A DNA stretch of 48,433 nucleotides from positions 1 to 48,433 of IMG/VR virus record IMGVR_UViG_3300033076_001576. One strand, given 5' to 3'. A program made the position numbers and the translations under genes. A model generated the notes under the pieces. The model saw only the letters and a list, made by a program, of their open reading frames with translations, searched no databases and was not told the origin of the DNA. Numbering within the stretch: position 1 is the stretch's first letter; every line of letters begins with the position of its first letter. Below, one piece after another: positions 16,170-25,689 of this stretch. The stretch is from a virus. Lineage: Duplodnaviria > Caudoviricetes.

Positions 16170-16519
16170 GGACGATCGTAGCCGGCTCCCGCAGCGTGCA
16201 TGACTGGCTGCCTGTGTGGGAGAAGCTGGAGAAGCTTCGTCCACCGATAACGCTCTTGATCTCGGGGATGGCCGCCGGCCCGGATACAATGGGGCTTGAC
16301 TGGGCGAAGAAGTACGATGTCCCCTTCGAATGCTACCCCGCGCAGTGGAGAAAGTTCGGGAGGGTGGCCGGGTTCCACAGGAACATCCAAATGGCAGATC
16401 GAGCAGAGAGGCTTGTAGCTTTTTGGGACGGGAGAAGTCGGGGCACAAGGCACATGATCGAGGTAGCTCGTGAGAAAGGCCTTATCGTGGAGGTAGTCGA
16501 TGCCCCGCCGTCTCGGTAA
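16166..16519 (+). CDS. SLOG-superfamily (YspA/DUF2493-like) protein
   Basis: IVAGSR, ISGMAAGPD, AG..RN..MA, AFWDG.SRGT..MI. Confidence 0.85.
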   Translation: MRTIVAGSRSVHDWLPVWEKLEKLRPPITLLISGMAAGPDTMGLDWAKKYDVPFECYPAQWRKFGRVAGFHRNIQMADRAERLVAFWDGRSRGTRHMIEVAREKGLIVEVVDAPPSR

Positions 16520-17705
16520 TTGGCTTCACGCCTACCTCAAATACAACGAGGGGACGGAGGCACCGAAGCTTTTCCACTTCTGGATCGGCGTCTCCACCAT
16601 TGCAGGGGCACTTCGCAAGCATGTCTGGCTGGACATGATTCGCTTCAAGTGGACGGCGAGTTTCTACATCATCTTGGTGGCGCCGCCTGGCGTAGCGACG
16701 AAGACCACTACGCTGGACACGGGGCATGGCCTGCTGAGGAAAATTCCCGGCATCAAGTTCGGGCCGGACATTGTGACTTGGCAGGGGCTGATCAAAAAGT
16801 TCTCGGAGTCGCAGGAGGAGTTTGCCTTTGGGGAAGAGTTCCACCCGATGTCCGCCCTGACGATCGGCTCGGGAGAGCTGGGGAACCTTCTCAACCCTCA
16901 GGATAAGGACATGGTGAATCTCTTGATTACCCTCTGGGACGGCAAGTCGAGAGTGGATAAAGAGACCAAGATGTCAGGGAACGAAACCATCGCGGCACCC
17001 TGGGTGAATCTCGCCGGCTGCACTACACCAGACTGGATTGCGAACAACGTTCCCGCGAGTATGGTTGGCGGCGGGTTCGTATCCCGCTGTATATTCGTCT
17101 ATCGCGACGAGAAAGAAAACCTCGTGGCATGGCCTGACGAAGCGGCGCCCGGAGAAGTTACCAAGTTGGAGGAAGACCTCCTCGCAGACCTCGAGCACAT
17201 CGCGGTGAATCTCGTGGGGCCGATGACCCTCACGCCGGCGGCCCGCAAATGGGGAAGGGAATGGTACGAGAAGCTCTGGCGGGTAGAGGCCAAAGCTGCG
17301 AGCGACGATCAGGTCAAGGGGTACCTCGCGCGGAAGCAGGGGCACCTAGTGAAAACTTCGATCGTGTTGTCGATCGCTCGAGGAGATTCGATGTTGATCG
17401 AAGAGGACGATTTGAAGCTCGCCGACCTGATGCTCAAAGACGTGGAGTCGAGCTATGCGAAGGTCTTCTCCCGAATCGGGATGAACGATTTTTCCGCCCG
17501 AGTCTCCCGCGTCCTGGAAGTCATCAAGCGGGCGGGCCGAATCACCTACGTCGACTGCTATCGCCAGGTCCACTCCTGGCTGGCGGACCCCAAAGAGTTC
17601 GGGGCGGCCATCGACGGACTGGTGAGGTCAGGACAAATCAAGCTCGACGTGGCGGGGGCGGCCGAGCCGATGAAGTGGTCCCTGGTGTATATTGACCGGG
17701 TATAA
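16500..17705 (+). CDS. DUF3987 (YfjI-like) P-loop protein, putative replicative helicase-related
   Basis: TEAP..FHFW...LVAPPGVATKTT...LITLWDG...GCTTP.W...GGFVSRCIFV. Confidence 0.75.
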   Translation: MPRRLGNWLHAYLKYNEGTEAPKLFHFWIGVSTIAGALRKHVWLDMIRFKWTASFYIILVAPPGVATKTTTLDTGHGLLRKIPGIKFGPDIVTWQGLIKKFSESQEEFAFGEEFHPMSALTIGSGELGNLLNPQDKDMVNLLITLWDGKSRVDKETKMSGNETIAAPWVNLAGCTTPDWIANNVPASMVGGGFVSRCIFVYRDEKENLVAWPDEAAPGEVTKLEEDLLADLEHIAVNLVGPMTLTPAARKWGREWYEKLWRVEAKAASDDQVKGYLARKQGHLVKTSIVLSIARGDSMLIEEDDLKLADLMLKDVESSYAKVFSRIGMNDFSARVSRVLEVIKRAGRITYVDCYRQVHSWLADPKEFGAAIDGLVRSGQIKLDVAGAAEPMKWSLVYIDRV

Positions 17706-17724
17706 TACGCCAATTATGCCCGGT
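17695..17724 (+). promoter_or_regulatory. 30-bp palindromic element, copy 3
   Basis: ACCGGGTATAAT-ACGCCA-ATTATGCCCGGT; the inverted repeat extends 17693-17726. Confidence 0.75.
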
Positions 17725-18000
17725 CACAATTCCCGCCCTACAGTCGCCAACCTCGTCACCGAGGGGCTAGGCTATTGCTGCACGTGGTTCTTCTTCAAGC
17801 ACTTTCGCCAAACCCCTCTGGTGGCCGCCCGGCTCGGGGTCACTGACCGCGCCGTCCGAATGGCGAAGGCTCGGGTCGATTCCGGCGAAGACGCGTGCAA
17901 GCATTGCGACAAGTGCCTGCACGCCCGGATAACCCTCGAGGGCTCCCCTCGTGTCAAAAGCTTCGACTCATCTCCACCCAAGAACTCGAGTACGAAGTGA
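17716..18000 (+). CDS. small HTH/Cys protein, possible transcription regulator
   Basis: TPLVAARLGVTDRAVRMAK (HTH-like), CKHCDKC. Confidence 0.55.
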   Translation: MPGHNSRPTVANLVTEGLGYCCTWFFFKHFRQTPLVAARLGVTDRAVRMAKARVDSGEDACKHCDKCLHARITLEGSPRVKSFDSSPPKNSSTK

Positions 18001-19180
18001 ACTTCACGAACGTCATAAAGGTTCCGGCGGCCGGCGTCACGCTGCTGGCCCCTCCCTTCAGGGTGATCCCGGAACCCGCCTGCACCGTGGTGTTCCCGTT
18101 CGCGAAGAAGCAGACAACGAACCCCTGAACCTGGCTGGTGGGCAGCACCAGGTTGGTCATGTTCGTCGCGCTGCTGTTGTCGACGTAGCAGTAAGTCGAC
18201 GTCAACGTCGGGGTGGCGCCGGAGATTGAGGTCCAGGGAAGGGACCTCATCCCCTGAAGCTGAACGCCGGAAGCCAGGTCGACTGTCAGAGATGCGACCC
18301 TGGCGCCAAAGGTCCACGAGCTGAAGACGCTCGAGGCGATCGAAGGGATGCCGTAGATCTCGACGCTTCCATCCTCGCGTTCTTGCCTGAACGTCGAGTC
18401 GATGTTGATGGCGGCGAACTTGTAGCTCCACACGCACGAGCCGTCGGTGATGCTCGTCCCCGTCCCGGTGATGGCGGAGCTGCCACTCGTGCCGCCGGTC
18501 GTAGCGAGGTACACCTTGCCACTGTCGGAAATGCAGTAGTCGCCGGTTGCGTAGGTATGGCTTGCTTGCCAGGGTTGCGGGTCCTTGATCGCGACTGCGT
18601 AAGGAGTCTGCAGTCGATGGCTGATGATCCAGCGGTTGCCGCCGTCGTCCTTCTTGTGCTGGCGCAGAATGGTGGTGAGGGGATCCCCATCATAGTTGAT
18701 CCCGATGCCGAAGATCTCCGACATGTAGCGTCCAGTCGCGCTCGTGGTGCCGGCGGTCCCGAAGTTGAGAAACATCCGATTCGGGTGGTGGCCAGAAGCG
18801 ACAACGTCACTCGTATCGTCCGAGGCGATGTCGCCGCCGTACAGGATCCTCATCTTCTGAATCCCGCCGGGCGAATGGCCGATGTTGACGCTCGACTCGT
18901 CGAGGACCATCACCCCAGTGGGCACTGCCGCGTAGACAGCGTCCATATCGAACGCGGTGCCGAAGGCGATGTACAGCACCCCGCGCCAGCCAGAAAGCGA
19001 AGTGAGAAGGGCGACCAACGCGGTCGTCTGGTCCGTTCCGTCGGCGAGGATGCCCCTCGAGTAGGCCTCGATTCGGCCGACGCCAGGAACGTTCTTCCTC
19101 TTGTACGCCGCGTCGTTGACGTCTTGCGCCCAGGCAGTGTTGAACACGGTTTGCTTGTCGACAAAAGTGGTGTCAGCCAT
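17954..19180 (-). CDS. tail fibre/receptor-binding protein with a carbohydrate-binding-module-like segment
   Basis: N-terminal MADTTFVDKQTV...AWAQDVND anchor; WQASHTYATGD...GKVY.A...GTSG...DGSCVW; last gene of the virion operon. Confidence 0.75.
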   Translation of the reverse strand: MADTTFVDKQTVFNTAWAQDVNDAAYKRKNVPGVGRIEAYSRGILADGTDQTTALVALLTSLSGWRGVLYIAFGTAFDMDAVYAAVPTGVMVLDESSVNIGHSPGGIQKMRILYGGDIASDDTSDVVASGHHPNRMFLNFGTAGTTSATGRYMSEIFGIGINYDGDPLTTILRQHKKDDGGNRWIISHRLQTPYAVAIKDPQPWQASHTYATGDYCISDSGKVYLATTGGTSGSSAITGTGTSITDGSCVWSYKFAAINIDSTFRQEREDGSVEIYGIPSIASSVFSSWTFGARVASLTVDLASGVQLQGMRSLPWTSISGATPTLTSTYCYVDNSSATNMTNLVLPTSQVQGFVVCFFANGNTTVQAGSGITLKGGASSVTPAAGTFMTFVKFTSYSSSWVEMSRSF

Positions 19181-19510
19181 TTAGGTCCTCGGATCGTTTT
19201 TCCATTCTTCCACGGGCATGAAGTGGCCTACGATTGCGCAGCCGGCGATTGCATACCCTACAATCGCTGTGCGCCCTTCGATTGTGCAGATGTTCTCGAC
19301 GAAGACCTCCTCGGGATTCCGCACAAACTCAGGAGTTGGATTCTCCTTGACAGCCCGAACAAAATCTTGGGGGTGGCGAGGTTCCCAGTGCTCCGGACAG
19401 ACGTACCAGTTATTCCATTGCTTGCGAAGCTCGCTCCCCTTTCTCTTCTTCCCACACCGATCGCAGCGAGCGTTCCAGTCGCCAAGACGGAAATAGTCAG
19501 CGTTTCCCAT
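19181..19510 (-). CDS. hypothetical virion-operon protein (CxxC)
   Basis: MGNADY...CDRCG...VCPEHWEPRHPQDFVR; AAGGAG RBS. Confidence 0.75.
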   Translation of the reverse strand: MGNADYFRLGDWNARCDRCGKKRKGSELRKQWNNWYVCPEHWEPRHPQDFVRAVKENPTPEFVRNPEEVFVENICTIEGRTAIVGYAIAGCAIVGHFMPVEEWKNDPRT

Positions 19511-22500
19511 CACAGCTCCTTCTTTGCTTTCTTCTGATACTTCAGAATCTCTTGGTGGATCTCGTCTTCCTTGAGTTCTTTCCGCCGCTTCGCCTTCGTG
19601 GCGGCTGCCTGCCCAGCGTCGCTGTGAGTGTACATCCACTTCCCGACAAGGGGGATATACCTCATCGCCTTCGGGTCTTGCGTGAGGATCTCCCCGAACA
19701 TCTCATACGGCGGAGCGAGGGTTCCGGCCGCGGCTTTCACCACGTCCTTCTTCCTCGCATTGTCGAGAACGTAGGAAGACCAGCCAAACGTCTTGAAGAT
19801 GTTCTCGGGGATGTCGCCCCACTCGAGCTTGTCGTCTTTCCCGAGCAGCCAGTTCTGAATAAACGTCAAGCCGGCGCCGGAAAGACCCAACGCGAGGCTG
19901 TAGCGAAGGAGAAAGTTCGTCCCCCTCGTCACGCTCGCGATGTCGCCTTTCGCGATTTCCCTGATGCCTCGTTCGCGCACCAGGTTCATCTGGCGAATCA
20001 TGAAAGACTTGAGGGTATAGAGCACCCTCGCGTTGGGGGAGTGGACCCACGCCTGCGGCATTTCAAGCTTGGAGATCGGCTGGACGTCGGAAAGCTCGCG
20101 GAAGAGAAGTTCCCCTACGAGGGAAGATTTCTTTCCGCGGGCAAGATCGTCGATTAGCTGGGCGGTGTCGGCGCCGAAGTACTCGCCGTACTGCCGAGCA
20201 ATCTCCATGCGCCCCGACTCGCTCTTGGCGAGCTTTCCAAATTTATTCGCTGCCGCATTGATGTTCACCAGCTTGGAGAACTCGTCCACGAAGCTGAAGC
20301 CGGAAAGACGCAAGGTCTTGTCGAGGAAGGCGGCGGTTGAAATTTCCCAGCCGCCGACGCGAAGGGGTTGCCGCGAGCCCCGCACGAATTCCTCGGAGAG
20401 GTGATTCACCAACCCCATGTCGGAGAGGGTCCATCCCTTCTTTCCCACGCTTTGCGCGACGGCCTTGATGGAAGGGAGAAAACCTTGCAGCGCAACCGCC
20501 ACCGCCGCGTCGCCAAACTGCACGATCGCGGAGAATGGGTTGCCGAGGAGAAGAGCCTGCGTGATGTTCTTGTAGGCTTGGGCGAGAGGGTGAGCCGCCT
20601 TTTCTCCTGGACCGAAGCGGGATCGAAGGAGGGATTCGAGGCGCCCAAGCTGCTCGTTGGTGAGGTTGCCGGCGGCCCGCTCCCTCGCGACGACGTTCCC
20701 GATAGAGGCGGAGACGTTCACCGCCTGCGAATCGGGGTGTTGCGCCAGATCCTTCCCGAAGAAGCGAGCCCGTTCGATCTCCTTTGCGGCGGATCGAATG
20801 TAGAGAGGCAGCGACTCCGACGCCGGTGCGTAGAATTGGAGGAGGTCCTCCGTCATCTTCTTCACCGTGCGGTTTTTCAGTAAGCCGCTCTGCCCGCCCA
20901 TGTCAGTCTTGCGGATCGCTTGGATCAAGTGAGAGTTGACGATTTGGGAAAGCTCGACCTCGGTGAGGTCTTCGCCGACGGCCTTTGTTTTCTTCTTTGC
21001 CGCCTCAGAAATCTTCTCCCCCAAGAAATCGGCGGCTGGCTTCCCGAGATACTTCATCAATCCGTTGAGGTCGGAGACGATTCGCGGGTAGTAGTCGGGG
21101 AGCAGCTCCTTGGCGAGGTTGAGGTTCTTCAGGTCGGCGCCGAATCGATCGAGCAGCGCTTGGACCTTCGGCCAATCCTCGATGAGGGTTTTGTCTCCGG
21201 TAGCTTGAATCACCTTCGTGACCAGCGCCCGGTTGTTGAGAAGGGTAGCGAAGTCCAACGCCTTTCGAACCTCAGCGGGGAGGGCACGAAACGCCTCCAC
21301 GAATGGGGCGACAACCTTCACCTCGTTGTTGGTGCGGACGAGGAGGTTCTTCTCGTGCTCCGTCAGGCGACGGAGGAGAGGTTGCGACATGGTTCGAAGC
21401 TCGGCGGAAAGGCTACCAAAGAGGGCTTCGGCGGCTGACCCCTCTTCGGCGGCAACCCGCGCAGCGTAGGAAGATCGAGACTTCGCCCACATTCCCAAGC
21501 CGACAACCGCGCCCGCAAGTGCGGAGTTGCGAACCCTTTTCTCCTCGTCGGAAAGAACGGCGGTTAGGGCGGCGCCGGCCCCGATGGCGAGGACGGAGGG
21601 AATGAACTTCGCTGCGCGGCGATTCCCGGGGACGGCGAGAAGAGCCGCAAGGGATGTTGCGTCCTCTCCCTCGAGTTGGGTTGCCGCCAGGCCGGCCGCG
21701 ACACCAGCGCCAGCGACTCCTAGCAACCTCGTCGGAACACCGTCGCCGGAGGGTGGCTGAGGAAGGTCAATCTCGAGCCAAGTGTGGCCGTGGGAGTCGG
21801 TGTGAGGGCGGGCTTTGAACTCGGACTTGAGGAACTTCTCGATGCCACCGCGGTAGCGGTCGTAGAGAAGTTGATTAGAGCCAAAGTTGGGAGTCTTCTG
21901 CGCATCGAGAGCTTCCTGAGCGCGCTGTAGGTCAGCTTTATTCTCAGCGAGAAGTTCCCGCAGCTCAGCAATGTGCTGAGTAAGCCATTTCGGATCAGAG
22001 AGAGCTGGAGCGGCTCTAAGAGTAGAGGCAGCATAAGAGCCGCGTGGGGGGGTTCCTGTTTCCAGCGTGGTTACCCAATCGCGAATCTCCGCTTCCGCTC
22101 CCATAACGAGCCTTGTATGGTGCTCGACCTGCCGCCGCAAGCCATCTCGACTGTCCGGCCACCCCTCCACCTTCGCAACGGTGTCGGCGGTCGCGAAGCG
22201 GATGGTTGGGCGACTTTGGCCTTCCAAGCGAGCCGCATCCGCAATTTCCTCCCTCACAATCCTCTTGTACCACTCAGGGAAGAGAGGGCGAAGGGCGTCG
22301 ACGGAGGCAGACGCGCCAAGCTTCGCTCTGTTTTCGGCAATCTGAACTTCGTACTGTCTCAGCACACGGTTGAGCATGAAGCGTGGGTTGTTCTCCCCGC
22401 GTCGTATTGCGTCAGCAAACAGAGTGTCTGTCCGGAGGGTCTCCATAACCTCAGGCCAAGCCTCACCCCGATTTTCGCCAAAGACGGGCCTACCATCTTG

Positions 22501-24522
22501 GGTGTGTCGACCGAGTCGATTACGCAGCTCCAGATAACGAGCGTGGTCCGCCAGAAGCGTCTCGAGCCCTCTCTCAAGTCCCGCCCTCTCCCCCTCGCTA
22601 AGCATCTTTCCCGCTTTCTGCACCAGGTCGCTCTGCAGCTCTACCACATGCCGGACGCCGCCCTCGTCGAAGGACCTCGAATGGGCGAAGTAATTGGGGT
22701 CGGAGAAGTGATTTGAGGTGCCCGTTTTAAGAGGAGATTGCCAGACAATCGTGCGGGCGGGAGGGCCAGCAACCTCGCTCGAATTTATCCCCTCAAGTGC
22801 AGCGTACTCCGCTTCAAGCTCTTCCAACCGCACTCGCCGAAGTCCGCCGAAATCCGGAATGGTTCTTGTCCCATCGGAATTTACTTGGGCTTGTATTGCT
22901 TGATCGATAGCAGTACGGAGCTGCTCTAACCTTACTGCGTGTTGAGCGACGCCAACAGTCTCATAGTTAGTCAGTCGGTCAATTCTTTCCAGTCCATACG
23001 GTTCGTACCTCGACGTCCCCATCGAGGTGTCCGCCGTCAACTCAAAGTCCCCGGCGGCAATCTTGAACCCTCCCACCAGATCCTTCGCGGTAATCCTCGG
23101 CCGATCGCCGATGATCCTCTCAAACATCTCGACTTCTGCAGCCGGCGCCCCACTCTTCTTCAGCTCTTGGCGAAGCTGGTTCGCACTGAAGTCCCACGTG
23201 CCGCCGAACTTGCTGTTCAGCCGCTCGAGAAAGCGGGAGGTGTACCTCAGCCGCGGGTGAATGGCGGAGAGGGGAGTTGCTTCCGGCAACCGCGCAAGCG
23301 CCCCAATTGTCAGGAAACCGCCGAGGAGTTCCGCCTCCTTAAGCTTATCCCTCGTCTGAACGAGGAGATAATCCAGCCCCGTTGGGATGGGGACGATCAT
23401 CGGCTTGAGCTTGCTGTCGCCAGCCTTCTCGAGGTCCCTCACCGTGGCATCGACGGCGGCGAGAAGTTCTTTCGGCGCCTCCGCGTCGTGGAGGTCCATC
23501 CGCAGCTGGTCAAGATGAGAGATGGCGGAAGGGCCATATCCCACGACAGCTCGGTCGGCGGCCTCGAGACGAGAGCGGAGAGGGCTTCCCTCCGGGATTG
23601 CCGCCCGCAAGCCTTCCATCCGCTTCGCAATGGGAAGGGCGGCCATCGCGACGAGGTACCTCGAATTGTCCTCGTCGGAGAGGGCAGCAGCACCAGCAAC
23701 CCCGACGCCGGCGGCAACCGCCATCGGCTTGCCGTATTGGTCAAGAAATCCGCCTTCCTTGAGGGTAGGAAAGCTCTCCTTGAAAGAAGGCTCAGACGCA
23801 GCATCTGGCTTCTCTTTCGCAAGCTCCTCTTCCAGTGCCTTGGTCACCCGGTCGGCCATATCCTTGGGCATCGGGCCACGGCCGTCCCAGCGAGAGGTCG
23901 CTCGATTAAGCCCCGAGACTGCGAACCGAGACATCAGGGCGTTGATGAGGATTTGAACCTCTTCAGATTTAACTACCCCTCCAGTCTTCCGCTCTGCAGC
24001 ATCCGAGCCTCCTTTGATAGCGTCCATCACCTTGTGCATGACGACGTCGATAGGGGTTTGCTTGCTTGGGTCACCCGCGAAGTAGTTGATAAGAGTCGTG
24101 AGCGGACGGTAGGCGGCGGATGCCTGCTCACTGTGTTCGGCGCCAAAGCCGAGAGCAAGTTCGCCAGCTTCTTTTCGAGATTTCCCCTCCGACCGCGCAA
24201 ACCCATAGCCGAGAGCTGACGCGACTGTCGAGCCGACCATCCCCACCATCTCGGTGGTTATGAACTCTGGCACCTGGGCAGCAGCCCTAAAAGCCTCGAG
24301 AGGGGTACCCTGCGGTTTGAAGGTCGGTCCAGTAGGCGCGGGCCTCTGATGGGACATCGGCTGCGACGGACGGGAGAACAGTGCGGCGGTCTCCGGGCGA
24401 AGCGGTCTTTCCTCACCAGGGGGAATGGCTGGCTTCGCTTGCGGAGGCGCGGGCGCCACGCCGGGCTGCGGCTCATCTGGCACGAACCGACTGACCGGAA
24501 GTTCATCAGCGACAAACGGCAT
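19510..24522 (-). CDS. large internal virion/DNA ejection protein (1670 aa)
   Basis: Size and position after two smaller ejection-type genes; hydrophobic Ala/Gly segments; HF...AH.R...VELQSD motif. Confidence 0.78.
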   Translation of the reverse strand: MPFVADELPVSRFVPDEPQPGVAPAPPQAKPAIPPGEERPLRPETAALFSRPSQPMSHQRPAPTGPTFKPQGTPLEAFRAAAQVPEFITTEMVGMVGSTVASALGYGFARSEGKSRKEAGELALGFGAEHSEQASAAYRPLTTLINYFAGDPSKQTPIDVVMHKVMDAIKGGSDAAERKTGGVVKSEEVQILINALMSRFAVSGLNRATSRWDGRGPMPKDMADRVTKALEEELAKEKPDAASEPSFKESFPTLKEGGFLDQYGKPMAVAAGVGVAGAAALSDEDNSRYLVAMAALPIAKRMEGLRAAIPEGSPLRSRLEAADRAVVGYGPSAISHLDQLRMDLHDAEAPKELLAAVDATVRDLEKAGDSKLKPMIVPIPTGLDYLLVQTRDKLKEAELLGGFLTIGALARLPEATPLSAIHPRLRYTSRFLERLNSKFGGTWDFSANQLRQELKKSGAPAAEVEMFERIIGDRPRITAKDLVGGFKIAAGDFELTADTSMGTSRYEPYGLERIDRLTNYETVGVAQHAVRLEQLRTAIDQAIQAQVNSDGTRTIPDFGGLRRVRLEELEAEYAALEGINSSEVAGPPARTIVWQSPLKTGTSNHFSDPNYFAHSRSFDEGGVRHVVELQSDLVQKAGKMLSEGERAGLERGLETLLADHARYLELRNRLGRHTQDGRPVFGENRGEAWPEVMETLRTDTLFADAIRRGENNPRFMLNRVLRQYEVQIAENRAKLGASASVDALRPLFPEWYKRIVREEIADAARLEGQSRPTIRFATADTVAKVEGWPDSRDGLRRQVEHHTRLVMGAEAEIRDWVTTLETGTPPRGSYAASTLRAAPALSDPKWLTQHIAELRELLAENKADLQRAQEALDAQKTPNFGSNQLLYDRYRGGIEKFLKSEFKARPHTDSHGHTWLEIDLPQPPSGDGVPTRLLGVAGAGVAAGLAATQLEGEDATSLAALLAVPGNRRAAKFIPSVLAIGAGAALTAVLSDEEKRVRNSALAGAVVGLGMWAKSRSSYAARVAAEEGSAAEALFGSLSAELRTMSQPLLRRLTEHEKNLLVRTNNEVKVVAPFVEAFRALPAEVRKALDFATLLNNRALVTKVIQATGDKTLIEDWPKVQALLDRFGADLKNLNLAKELLPDYYPRIVSDLNGLMKYLGKPAADFLGEKISEAAKKKTKAVGEDLTEVELSQIVNSHLIQAIRKTDMGGQSGLLKNRTVKKMTEDLLQFYAPASESLPLYIRSAAKEIERARFFGKDLAQHPDSQAVNVSASIGNVVARERAAGNLTNEQLGRLESLLRSRFGPGEKAAHPLAQAYKNITQALLLGNPFSAIVQFGDAAVAVALQGFLPSIKAVAQSVGKKGWTLSDMGLVNHLSEEFVRGSRQPLRVGGWEISTAAFLDKTLRLSGFSFVDEFSKLVNINAAANKFGKLAKSESGRMEIARQYGEYFGADTAQLIDDLARGKKSSLVGELLFRELSDVQPISKLEMPQAWVHSPNARVLYTLKSFMIRQMNLVRERGIREIAKGDIASVTRGTNFLLRYSLALGLSGAGLTFIQNWLLGKDDKLEWGDIPENIFKTFGWSSYVLDNARKKDVVKAAAGTLAPPYEMFGEILTQDPKAMRYIPLVGKWMYTHSDAGQAAATKAKRRKELKEDEIHQEILKYQKKAKKEL

Positions 24523-24524
24523 AG

Positions 24525-25688
24525 CTACCTCCAGGTCCCTGGCCGGCCGCCGATGACGACTCTGGTACCAGGCTTGAGCTTCCCTGCACGTTGGGCGGCT
24601 TCTGCTTCAGCTTCCGTAGCGAAAGATGGGGTGCTCGAAGAATCGGGAAGCTTCGTGGGGTCGTAGCCTCCTCGCTTTCCAACCCCGACGCCGAGGATCT
24701 TTCTGTCCTTCTCTCCCACCGCGCCGGTAGAGGCGAGCTGCTTGTAAGCCCGCTGGATGGATTCCCCCTCGGTCAGGTTGGGGTTTCCCTTCCGAAGAAG
24801 GTTGGCCGCCGATGCAACTTCCGAAGCAAACGAGGTGAGTTCGGCATCGTCCTCGATCGTCTCGTTGATCCCCATGATAGTGAGCTGGCGCTTCGCGGAA
24901 ATCACCTGGCGGTCGGTAGGCGAAGCCACGTCTTTTCCGCCGCCCGCCTTCTCGGCGGCAAGAGCCCTTCTCTCTGCGATCGCCGCCCGCGCGAGAGCGA
25001 TTTCTCTTCTTTGCCTGTCGAGTCGCTCCTGGCGCTTCAGCTGATCGAGGCGAAGTTGCTCTATCGCTTGCTGGTGGGCCTCCACGCCCACCTGCTTCTG
25101 GCCAATCGCCATCTCGCGAAGCATAGGAATCGCCGCCGCGCCGTGTTCGGCGAGAAGTTGCTCGGCACCATCCGCCCGCGCTTGGGCGTCTGGCAGTCCG
25201 GCGGCTTGCTGAAGAAACATCCTTCGCGCGAACGCGAGCTGGGTGGGGTCCTTCGGGTCCCTTACCGACGCGTAGGTGTTGCCGAGAATCTTGTTGTACA
25301 CCTCGGCGGTTTGAGCAACCCGCGCCCCAGCTTGGGCACGGTAGTACTCCTCCATCCCCTTTCGCTGTCCCGCCTGCTCCGCCAGCGCCAACGCGTGGCC
25401 GGCGCTGCTGACGTCGCCTGCTCGCATCGCCATGCCAGCAATGTCGATCAGGTTATCCTCCTGCGAGGCGCCGGGTTTTGGCTTCCAGCCCTGCGCCATG
25501 TCCACCAGCCGGCGGTCCTTCTCGTACCGCATCTGGGCTTCGTTGGCCTGCGCGCGCTGGAGCATCGCCAAGCTTTGCTGGTGTTGAATTTCGAAGGGGG
25601 CTTTGGCCGCCTCGATATCCATCTTCTGCGCGTCGGCCATCGGGCCGAGGGCAGCGCGGCCAAGATCAAGTGGTTGGATTCCGGGCAT
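24525..25688 (-). CDS. internal virion/ejection protein
   Basis: Ala/Gln-rich helical protein; GGAGG RBS before MPGIQ. Confidence 0.7.
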   Translation of the reverse strand: MPGIQPLDLGRAALGPMADAQKMDIEAAKAPFEIQHQQSLAMLQRAQANEAQMRYEKDRRLVDMAQGWKPKPGASQEDNLIDIAGMAMRAGDVSSAGHALALAEQAGQRKGMEEYYRAQAGARVAQTAEVYNKILGNTYASVRDPKDPTQLAFARRMFLQQAAGLPDAQARADGAEQLLAEHGAAAIPMLREMAIGQKQVGVEAHQQAIEQLRLDQLKRQERLDRQRREIALARAAIAERRALAAEKAGGGKDVASPTDRQVISAKRQLTIMGINETIEDDAELTSFASEVASAANLLRKGNPNLTEGESIQRAYKQLASTGAVGEKDRKILGVGVGKRGGYDPTKLPDSSSTPSFATEAEAEAAQRAGKLKPGTRVVIGGRPGTWR

Positions 25689-25689
25689 G

